Shown here piece by piece: positions 1 to 7,492 of a DNA stretch of 35,906 nt. Origin of the DNA: an uncultured Gammaproteobacteria bacterium (GTDB taxonomy: Bacteria; Patescibacteriota; Microgenomatia; CAZETR01; Amesbacteraceae); assembly GCA_964356705.1 (NCBI GenBank), contig CAYHIN010000005.1, positions 1 to 35,906 of the forward strand, given 5' to 3'. The translations under genes and the position numbers were made by a program. Position 1 is the stretch's first letter. The number at the start of each line of letters is the position of its first letter. The notes below the pieces were generated by a model. It was not told the origin of the DNA and did no database searches. It saw only the letters and a program-made list of their open reading frames with translations.

Positions 1-1
1 T

Positions 2-625
2 CTCGCCCAGCAAGTAAACGATCCCACTATTCCCAACACTGGCTCAGGTCGCATCTGGGACCCAGAGTTGAAGCATTGTGTTCCCAACACTACTCCCACA
101 CCCACAAATACTCCCACTCCAACTCCCATTGCCTGTCTCCCCGCTTTTGCCTCTACCTTTGAACAAGTGGCCCAGGGTACTCAAAAGAGCGGTGCCGCCG
201 TCCTAGCCAGTAGAAGCAATGGCAACTTTGCCCTAGGCGCTCCCCAATCAGCCGGCACTCCCGTGGACAATCCCGTCGTGGCCAACTCTTTCTTTAGTCT
301 CGGTTTTACAAACGGCTCAATCGTTCTCAAGTTTACCAGCCCCTTCATAGATCAGCCCGGGACAGATCTCTCAGTCTACGAAGTCACCGGTGCTACCAAT
401 CCTCCATACCCAGATGAATTAGTAAAAGTGGAAGTGAGTTCCGACGGATCTTCATGGACCACAGTCGCAGCTGCTTTGAGTCGTGATGCCAATATCGATA
501 TCAATCCAGTCGCTTCTGCCCAATATGTACGCTTGACCGACGTTTCAAACATTGCGTTATTTACAAACGATGCAGACGGCTATGATCTCGACGCGATCCG
601 TGCCAACTGCACAGTCAATGAGTAA
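2..625 (+). CDS. 5'-truncated secreted/surface protein, TasA-operon member with PT linker and C-terminal beta-sandwich-like domain
   Basis: The frame is open from position 2 (LAQQVNDPTIPNTGSGRIWDPELKHCV...). It has a TPTPT linker, then SLGF..GSIVLKF / DLSVYE / YVRLTD / GYDLDAI motifs typical of extracellular beta-sandwich domains. The start lies outside the window. Confidence 0.8.
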   Translation, partial: LAQQVNDPTIPNTGSGRIWDPELKHCVPNTTPTPTNTPTPTPIACLPAFASTFEQVAQGTQKSGAAVLASRSNGNFALGAPQSAGTPVDNPVVANSFFSLGFTNGSIVLKFTSPFIDQPGTDLSVYEVTGATNPPYPDELVKVEVSSDGSSWTTVAAALSRDANIDINPVASAQYVRLTDVSNIALFTNDADGYDLDAIRANCTVNE

Positions 626-634
626 AATAGTGAG

Positions 635-643
635 AGGGGGTGA
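635..643 (+). promoter_or_regulatory. Shine-Dalgarno site of tasA-like gene
   Basis: AGGGGGTGA lies 9 nt upstream of ATG 653. Confidence 0.7.
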
Positions 644-652
644 CCAACAAAG

Positions 653-1510
653 ATGAAAAATATACTCTTAAGTTTATTAGTCGTAGGCGGAGTTACAGCG
701 ACAGTATTAGGAGCGACAAACGCTTTCTTCTCAGACACTGAGACTTCTCCAGCAAACAATCTGACTGCAGGCAAAGTAGATCTCAAGATCGATTCTACCG
801 CCCATTACAACGGCATGATTTGTACCGATGGTCTCTGGAGAGATGAGGACGACAATCTCAACAACAATCCTCGTCCCGAACTCATAGGTACCCAGTGTAC
901 TGGCACGTTTGCCTTAGTCGATTTGACCCAAGAAAAGTTCTGGGATCTAACCGACGTCAAACCCGGAGATTATGGCGAAAACACGATCAGTATGCACATC
1001 GAGGACAATCCCGTCTGGGCTTGTATCGATATACTAAACCTAAACAACGCCGAAAACGATCGCATAGACCCGGAGATAGAAGCAGGAGACGCGACCGATG
1101 ATCCTCAAGGAGGAGAATTGGCTCAAAATATCTACTTCACTTCTTGGGCCGACGATGGCGACAATATCTGGGAGCAAGGCGAGCCATTGTTGTTCACCAA
1201 CGAGCAAGGTCCAGCCAGCGATGTCCTAAATGGCAAGACCTACACTTTGGTCGACTCAGGTTCACCACTTCCTACACCATTCCCAGGTGGTTCTACCCAA
1301 TATCTAGGCCTGGCCTGGTGTGCGGGCACGATGACCATCGATGGTGTCAATTTCACAATCACATGTAACGGCGCATCTATGGGCAATGTCGCTCAGACCG
1401 ATTCTCTGACAGCCGATGTCAGATTCCGAGTGGAGCAACACAGAAACAATCCAAATTTCTTGTGCACTCCAGAACCAACATCAGCACCAACTCCAACTGG
1501 TACTGAATAG
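653..1510 (+). CDS. TasA/CalY (camelysin)-family protein with SipW-cognate signal peptide
   Basis: N-terminus MKNILLSLL...ATNA-FFSDTETSPANNLTAGKVDLK matches the SipW-dependent signal (A-FFSDxExSxxN..TAG). Also DVKPGD motif, adjacent SipW and strong SD. Confidence 0.85.
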   Translation: MKNILLSLLVVGGVTATVLGATNAFFSDTETSPANNLTAGKVDLKIDSTAHYNGMICTDGLWRDEDDNLNNNPRPELIGTQCTGTFALVDLTQEKFWDLTDVKPGDYGENTISMHIEDNPVWACIDILNLNNAENDRIDPEIEAGDATDDPQGGELAQNIYFTSWADDGDNIWEQGEPLLFTNEQGPASDVLNGKTYTLVDSGSPLPTPFPGGSTQYLGLAWCAGTMTIDGVNFTITCNGASMGNVAQTDSLTADVRFRVEQHRNNPNFLCTPEPTSAPTPTGTE

Positions 1511-1520
1511 TCTCTTTGCT

Positions 1521-1577
1521 CTCTCCCGTTTCCAGCGGGAGGGCAGCCCAGAGTTTCGCAAGTTAGCGAGATTCTGG
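1521..1577 (+). other. Two tandem RNA hairpins after tasA-like gene
   Basis: CTCTCCCGTT-tcc-AGCGGGAGGG (1521-1543) and CCAGAGTTTCGC-aagtta-GCGAGATTCTGG (1548-1577). The G-U pairs favour the + strand. No U-tract follows. Confidence 0.6.
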
Positions 1578-1594
1578 ATTGCCAAACCAATTAA

Positions 1595-2248
1595 ATGCAT
1601 CATTTCTTCAAGTCATTCATAGCCGGCTGCTTAGCAGTTTTCACCTCATTTAGTAGTCACGCAAGAGTCTTAGGCGATCGCTTTGATCGAGATCATGATG
1701 ACCGCGACCATCACGAAGAGCGCCGGATTGATCTAAAGATAAATGGGGTAGACAATCCTCCTACAGTCGTCAGTCTGGATGATGTAAAGCCCGGCGACAA
1801 TCGGTATGTAGACAAAGATATATATGTAAAAGACGGTGATGCCAAAGTTTATGTTCATTTGACCAATTTAGTTACCACCCAAGGGGCTACCACCGAACCC
1901 GAGTCCAAGGAAGAAAATGGTACTCCCAAATCCGATATTCAAAACTATCTTCATTACGATCTGACTTTTGGCACCAAAGTAATTATTGCCGAAGAAAGCA
2001 AGCTCCCCTTCCCCGATGCAGTTTCTTGTTGGATACCACTGGGAGAAGTAAAGAGAAACAAGCACGTGACGGCCACTCAGAGCTTTCATATGCCAGATAC
2101 TATTACCAACTGGGCTCAAGGAGACATTCTCACTTTTACTGAAGAATTTGTAGCCATTGATCCCGATGCCCCCGCTCCAGTTACCGGCACTGGTCGAGTC
2201 TGGAGTGCATTTCAAAAAAAATGTATCACCAAGAAATATGATCACTAA
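1595..2248 (+). CDS. Secreted TasA-like paralogue (minor subunit candidate)
   Basis: Signal-like N-terminus, D/H/R-rich patch, IDLKIN...DVKPGD motif shared with 653-1510. The C-terminal TGTGRVW..KKC resembles TGSGRIW..KHC of the first ORF. Confidence 0.7.
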   Translation: MHHFFKSFIAGCLAVFTSFSSHARVLGDRFDRDHDDRDHHEERRIDLKINGVDNPPTVVSLDDVKPGDNRYVDKDIYVKDGDAKVYVHLTNLVTTQGATTEPESKEENGTPKSDIQNYLHYDLTFGTKVIIAEESKLPFPDAVSCWIPLGEVKRNKHVTATQSFHMPDTITNWAQGDILTFTEEFVAIDPDAPAPVTGTGRVWSAFQKKCITKKYDH

Positions 2249-2897
2249 AGTCACAAAATTTATTTCCAACTTTTTACTCATATTCAGTCTGACCATCGGA
2301 GGCTTCTTTGCCATCAATTATTTTCTCGGGGCCAGAGCATTTAGTTTCTTCATCGTTACTTCAGGTTCTATGGAGCCAAGCATTGGGACCGGCAGTGTCG
2401 TAGTCGTCGCTCCCCGACCAGATTATTTTCCAGGTGAGGTCCTCACTTTCAGATCCGGTCCAAAGTCAGTCACCACCCACCGTGTGCTCGCCAAATCCTG
2501 GCCCAAAGATATTACAAATCCGCCGACATTTATTACAAAAGGTGATGCCAATGATTCCACCGACACAAATCAGCTCGCATTAGAAAATGTCACAGGTAAG
2601 GTAGTTCTCACAATTCCCTATGTTGGCTTGATCTCATCCGTCGCCAAGACTCCCATGGGCTTTATCTTTCTAGTCGTCGTCCCCGGCACCATTATTGTTT
2701 ACGAAGAACTGTGCTCTCTTATGAGCCACGTTAGAAAGCTTCCCAGAGCTGCCATCGCTATCCCCATCGTTTGTGCCTTTTTTGTGGGCCTAGGTCTCAC
2801 CGGCGCCTACTTCTCCGATCTCGAAGTCAGCTCCAAAAACAATTTATCTATTTCCACCCCGACTCCTACACCTACTCCCCCCGTACTTCCTGAATAA
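2238..2897 (+). CDS. sipW: SipW-type (S26B, Ser/His) signal peptidase I with C-terminal SipW-type signal motif
   Basis: SGSMEP (catalytic Ser), THRV (His) and TKGDAN motifs. ATG 2238 overlaps the upstream gene end. C-terminus TGA-YFSDLEVSSKNNL plus PT tail. Confidence 0.9.
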   Translation: MITKVTKFISNFLLIFSLTIGGFFAINYFLGARAFSFFIVTSGSMEPSIGTGSVVVVAPRPDYFPGEVLTFRSGPKSVTTHRVLAKSWPKDITNPPTFITKGDANDSTDTNQLALENVTGKVVLTIPYVGLISSVAKTPMGFIFLVVVPGTIIVYEELCSLMSHVRKLPRAAIAIPIVCAFFVGLGLTGAYFSDLEVSSKNNLSISTPTPTPTPPVLPE

Positions 2898-2921
2898 TCT
2901 ACTATATAATCCAGGCCATCC

Positions 2922-3782
2922 ATGGCCAAATCAACCACTCCTCAGCTACTGTTGTGCTTCCGCAGTATCATAAAAAATGATTATGGACAGATCCTCCTTG
3001 TAAAAAGAACCAAAGATCGCAAATACAACCCCAACAAATGGGAGCTCCCAGGGGGAAAATTAGAAGGCACTGGAGACATTTCAGTATTTATTGAACAAAC
3101 CCTAGAAAAGGAGACCAACCTAGTGGTCAAAAATACATCTTCAACTTATTATTATCAATCCCACTTGGTTACTGACCCAGGCAAGTATTATGGTTTCACT
3201 TATATAGAAATTTCTTCAGAAGCCAAGTTCGTAGGCGGATCTATTAAAATCGGCCCCGATCACAGTGATTATGCTTGGGTATCAAAAGATCAGATTTTTT
3301 CATATGACTTATCCTTACCTAGCAAAAAATCACTAACCCAATATTTCTCTGAGTCATCAACCAAAATCCAAATTCTAATCTCAGCCAAAGCCCTCATCAA
3401 AAATTCTCAGGGCAAATATTTAGTTCTAAAAAGATTCTCGGCCGATACAACCGAGCCTAGTAAATGGGATATTCCAGGTGGCAAACTAGATTCATTCGAA
3501 GTCTTATCTGAGTCGCTCAAGCGCGAGGTCTTTGAGGAAACCAGTCTAGTTGTAAAAATTACTAAACCCACCTTATATCTCCATAGCCACGTACTGAACA
3601 AAGGCAAATATCAAGGATTCTCATTCATTGAAATCATCAGCGAAGCAGAAGTCACAGCAGGCAAAATAAAGCTTAGTCTTGAGCACGACAGTTATCGCTG
3701 GATCAGCCCCACCGAGCTACTCGAGCTAGATCTTTCTACTCATCTCAGGCTCCCTCTCACTGAGATTTTCCTCTCTATTTAG
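2922..3782 (+). CDS. Tandem (two-domain) Nudix hydrolase
   Basis: Two homologous halves. Box 2 GKLDSFEVLSESLKREVFEETSL is canonical; box 1 GKLEGTGDISVFIEQTLEKETNL is degenerate. Confidence 0.85.
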   Translation: MAKSTTPQLLLCFRSIIKNDYGQILLVKRTKDRKYNPNKWELPGGKLEGTGDISVFIEQTLEKETNLVVKNTSSTYYYQSHLVTDPGKYYGFTYIEISSEAKFVGGSIKIGPDHSDYAWVSKDQIFSYDLSLPSKKSLTQYFSESSTKIQILISAKALIKNSQGKYLVLKRFSADTTEPSKWDIPGGKLDSFEVLSESLKREVFEETSLVVKITKPTLYLHSHVLNKGKYQGFSFIEIISEAEVTAGKIKLSLEHDSYRWISPTELLELDLSTHLRLPLTEIFLSI

Positions 3783-4122
3783 CCCCAGGCGGTGCATTTT
3801 TCGCGATTACTTCCATGGCGTCCTTGTTTGGTCCTCGCATTTTTCTCGCCATTCTAAGTGCATGTTCAGAGGCTTTCGGATCTACCTTTGGTAATATTTC
3901 AGCCGCATCCAAAAGCAGCGCTCCAGGATTATTTATTCCCACCATCGTCTGCACCGCATCGTCAATCTCTTTTTGTTTATGTGCATCAGCCCTTCTCTTG
4001 AGTGACCAGGTCAGATACACAACCGCAGAGATTGCAGCTAGTCCACCGAACAAGGGCAGTGCCAACGGCCAGTTCTTCTCTGCAATCCTTTTTATGTCTT
4101 CGATGTCAGGTGCTTTACCCAT
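3775..4122 (-). CDS. Hypothetical single-pass membrane protein
   Basis: 115-aa ORF with one hydrophobic segment followed by KRR. Its start overlaps the end of the upstream VOC remnant. Confidence 0.6.
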   Translation of the reverse strand: MGKAPDIEDIKRIAEKNWPLALPLFGGLAAISAVVYLTWSLKRRADAHKQKEIDDAVQTMVGINNPGALLLDAAEILPKVDPKASEHALRMARKMRGPNKDAMEVIAKNAPPGAK

Positions 4123-4204
4123 TCATCGGCACTGGCTGTAGCATTCCCAGTCTCTTGGAGTCCTTATACGGCATCTCAAAATGCACCACCGGATTTTTAC
4201 TCAT
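4115..4204 (-). pseudogene. Internally deleted VOC/glyoxalase-family gene remnant
   Basis: Translates MSKNPVVHFEMPYKDSKRLGMLQPVPMNG*. PVVHFEMP is a VOC N-terminal motif and GMLQP resembles the VOC C-terminus. TGT-TAATAT sits 7 nt upstream of the ATG. Confidence 0.65.
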
Positions 4205-4245
4205 GTCAAAAATATTAACACCTATTTTGTATAAAAAACAGCTTT

Positions 4246-4384
4246 AGTTGATGTACTTTGTGGGCAGAATTTCGCAGCTAGCCTGGGTGGTGAGAAACAA
4301 GATTCAGATCAAGGCTCGGTGGCTAGCGAGAATGCAGATAACGCCTTGGTGGGCGATTATCGGTGCCATGCAAAGTACTCAACT
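4246..4384. ncRNA. Candidate structured RNA (three-way junction), family unknown
   Basis: Outer stem 4246-4266/4364-4384 (~20 bp with bulges). Inner stems GCTAGCC/GGCTAGC (4277-4283/4321-4327) and GATAACGCC/GGCGATTATC (4337-4345/4352-4361). Confidence 0.45.
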
Positions 4385-5710
4385 TGAAATTAATATTTCC
4401 TGATTCAATACCGGCAGAGTAACATCCTCTATTTTTAATTTAGTCTTAATTTGTTGTGATAGGGCCAATCTCGACTCATCCTCTCCATGAGTCAAAAAGA
4501 CTTTCTTGACTCCACTTATGGCCGAGAGCCACGAGACTAGTTGTTTAGAGTCAGCATGCGAGCTCATAGCTTGAGTACTATTTACATTAGCCCTCACAAC
4601 CACTTTCTCACCATATATTTCCACCATCTTTTCTCCTTCTAGTATCTTTCGTCCGATTGTCCCCTCACCCTGATACCCCACTATCAGGATTCTGTTATCA
4701 GGCTCCGGCAAATACCTCTTAGCGTGTTCCATTATCTTTCCCCCCATCATCATTCCAGACCCCGCAATTATTACTTTCGCCCCGGACATATTTCTCATCT
4801 CTTCCTCCAGGCTTTCAAAAGAAAATGGATTCTCGTCTCGCATTTCAGATTGTATATGTGGGTTAAACAGATCCGGATATTTCAGATACACGGCCGTCGC
4901 CTTCTTGGCCATCGGCCCATCCATAAATATTGGTAAGTTAGAAGATACTTTTCCTTCTAGTATCAAGTGTTTGATCATGTGTAGCAGCTCCTGAGTTCTC
5001 TCCAGAGAAAATGCCGGGATCAGAAGTGTTCCTCCATTTTTTTGGATGACATTTATTTCCGAGGCGATTACATCTACTGGGTTTTCAGACGGGTGCAGTC
5101 TTCCTCCATATGTAGACTCCATGACCACGATATCTGCATCTGTTATTGTTTCTGTCTCTCTTACTAGTTCTTCCGGAGTATTCCCGAGATCTCCTGAGAA
5201 CACGATTTTCTTCATGCCAGACTTGGCCTTAGTATCTATTATCTCGAGCGACGCCGATCCCAGCATGTGTCCCGCGTCTCGCATGGTGATCAGGAAGTCT
5301 CCTACTTCAAACTGTTTTCCATACCCTGTTGTCTTAAATTTCTCGAACGTCTTATATACATCCCCCTCATCGTACAATATTTTCTTCTTATCATATTTGG
5401 CGATCTTGGCCGAGTCTAGGAGTGATATCTCAGTCAGATCCCGCGTAGGTTCTGTCATCCAGATGTTACCCCCAAAGCCTTTGGACATCAGTATCGGTAG
5501 TCTGCCACAGTGATCCAGATGCGCATGGGTGAGTATCGCCCCAGACAATCTACTGCAATCATAGTCATAGTCCTGATAATTGAGCTTATCGATCTCATAC
5601 ATTCCCTGAAACATTCCCAGATCAATAAGAATCGACGTTCCAGAGTCAGAAGTGAGGGCATAAGAAGACCCCGTCACCGTCCCCGCAGCTCCCAAAAATT
5701 TAATTTTCAT
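4379..5710 (-). CDS. MBL-fold beta-CASP ribonuclease (COG1236-like)
   Basis: LGAAGTVTGS, THAHLDHCG, DAGHMLGS, FSGDLG, MESTYG, SSHAD and HGE motifs. Confidence 0.93.
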   Translation of the reverse strand: MKIKFLGAAGTVTGSSYALTSDSGTSILIDLGMFQGMYEIDKLNYQDYDYDCSRLSGAILTHAHLDHCGRLPILMSKGFGGNIWMTEPTRDLTEISLLDSAKIAKYDKKKILYDEGDVYKTFEKFKTTGYGKQFEVGDFLITMRDAGHMLGSASLEIIDTKAKSGMKKIVFSGDLGNTPEELVRETETITDADIVVMESTYGGRLHPSENPVDVIASEINVIQKNGGTLLIPAFSLERTQELLHMIKHLILEGKVSSNLPIFMDGPMAKKATAVYLKYPDLFNPHIQSEMRDENPFSFESLEEEMRNMSGAKVIIAGSGMMMGGKIMEHAKRYLPEPDNRILIVGYQGEGTIGRKILEGEKMVEIYGEKVVVRANVNSTQAMSSHADSKQLVSWLSAISGVKKVFLTHGEDESRLALSQQIKTKLKIEDVTLPVLNQEILISS

Positions 5711-5716
5711 CCACGG

Positions 5717-7486
5717 TTAGTATATCTCATACGCATTTAGCAGTTTCTTATTTCCCTCTATCTGGTATTGCAGCAGTTCTGTATATAGTCCCTTTCTTTT
5801 TGCCAGATCTTTGGGAGTTCCCGAGTCCACAATTGTGCCTTGATCCAAGACGATTATCCGGTCCACATTTTGGATAGTCGAAAATCTGTGAGCGATAATG
5901 ATCACCAATCGGTTTTTAAACAGTTTTTCCAGCGCCTCTTGCACCTGACGCTCCGAGTTAGAGTCCAGACTAGACGTCGCCTCATCGAGTATCAGTATGG
6001 GTTTGTCATGGAGTATTGCCCTCGCAATCTGTATTCTCTGTCTTTGCCCTCCAGACAACTTAACTCCCCGCTCCCCGATTTGGGCCTGAAGTCCGTCCTT
6101 AAACTTCATGACAAAGTCGTAAGCATTTGCTTGTTTCAGAGCGGAGACTATCTGCTCCTCAGTTGCCTCTTGTAGTCCATAGGCCACATTCTCAGCGATG
6201 GTCGCCGAGAACAGTTCGCTCTCCTGAAACACCAGCGCCATATGCTCTCTCACCCACGAGTGCTCTGCTTCACTATATTTTTTCCCGGACAAAAGTATTT
6301 CCCCGCCGGTGGGTCCATATAGTTTCAGTATCAGGTTGATAAGAGTTGTCTTACCCGCTCCCGAGTTTCCCACCAGGGCCACCTTTTCTTTTTTGGCAAG
6401 TTTCAGATTGATATCCGCTAAAACGGTTGAGCCGTTTTCGTAAGAAAAGTTCACATGCTCAAAAATTATTTCCGGTTGTTTTACAAGTGGGGCCATTTTG
6501 CCTGTAGTCATTTTTTCCTCACCAGTTACTTCCAAGACTTCAAAAAAAGCTTTGGAATCAGCCTCCGCTCTTTGCACTTGTTCCAGTATGTAGCTCATTC
6601 CAAACAGCGGCCACCGGAGTTGATTTAGTATTTGGATAATCAGGATCATTTCCCCCAGAGTCAGACTCCCCAAAAAAGTACTCCTAAATATCAAAAACAG
6701 GATGACTACAAATACCGCTTCTAGTCCAAACTCCCGCGCAAAGTTCAGTATGTGATATTGCGTCGACTGTTTGTCATACAGCTTGTTTATTTGATCATAC
6801 TTTTCCGACACATACTTCAGTTCGCTTTTTTGAGTGTTATAAGTCTTCACCAGTTTTATATTTCCCACCACTTCCGAGATCCGGCCCCGAGTCGCATCCT
6901 CATGCACATTCTTTTCTTCTTGTAGTTTCCCCCATCTTTTAGTGGAGTATGACGAGATTGCGATATATACCGGAAATACCGCGAGTGCCAACAGTCCAAT
7001 CGTCACATCAAAATACATCAGCACTCCCACTCCAAATATAGCCTGCAAGAGAGCCGGCATTATAAAGTTAGTCGCTCCTCCCATAAATTCTCGGATCGAC
7101 GCAATCCCCCTATTCAGCTGGGCCACTATCTTGCCCGATATCTCAGAGTCAAAATGCTTCTGCGGCAAAGAAAATATTTTTTTGTAATATATTTCAGTGA
7201 GATATCGTCCCAATCGCGAAGAGATGTGATCCCCTAGTCTTTGGTTACCAGTATTCAGTAATACTCCCACCAAATTGACAACCAGTATCAGACCAAAAAG
7301 TGTGATCAATGTCTGATAATCTCCACCTTTACTCGTTATCTGAGCCGCTAGTTCATCGACAATGTATTTTAGAGTGATGGGTGTTGCCTGCTGCAATACT
7401 GCCTGGATTGTGATCAGCACACACGCCGCCGCAATCCACCCATGCTGCGGCTTAGACAACTTGATGATCTTAAAGATACTCTTCAC
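5717..7486 (-). CDS. ABC exporter, fused permease/ATPase (MsbA/MdlB-like)
   Basis: N-terminal TM domain, Walker A GNSGAGKT, signature LSGGQ, Walker B ILILDEAT, H-loop IAHR. GTG start. Confidence 0.93.
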   Translation of the reverse strand: MKSIFKIIKLSKPQHGWIAAACVLITIQAVLQQATPITLKYIVDELAAQITSKGGDYQTLITLFGLILVVNLVGVLLNTGNQRLGDHISSRLGRYLTEIYYKKIFSLPQKHFDSEISGKIVAQLNRGIASIREFMGGATNFIMPALLQAIFGVGVLMYFDVTIGLLALAVFPVYIAISSYSTKRWGKLQEEKNVHEDATRGRISEVVGNIKLVKTYNTQKSELKYVSEKYDQINKLYDKQSTQYHILNFAREFGLEAVFVVILFLIFRSTFLGSLTLGEMILIIQILNQLRWPLFGMSYILEQVQRAEADSKAFFEVLEVTGEEKMTTGKMAPLVKQPEIIFEHVNFSYENGSTVLADINLKLAKKEKVALVGNSGAGKTTLINLILKLYGPTGGEILLSGKKYSEAEHSWVREHMALVFQESELFSATIAENVAYGLQEATEEQIVSALKQANAYDFVMKFKDGLQAQIGERGVKLSGGQRQRIQIARAILHDKPILILDEATSSLDSNSERQVQEALEKLFKNRLVIIIAHRFSTIQNVDRIIVLDQGTIVDSGTPKDLAKRKGLYTELLQYQIEGNKKLLNAYEIY

Positions 7487-7492
7487 AAGAAG

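Noticed and set aside
4246-4384. Retron msr-msd (a1/a2 inverted repeats enclosing hairpins)
   Set aside because: The architecture is superficially similar, but there is no reverse transcriptase in the window and the inner hairpin is imperfect.
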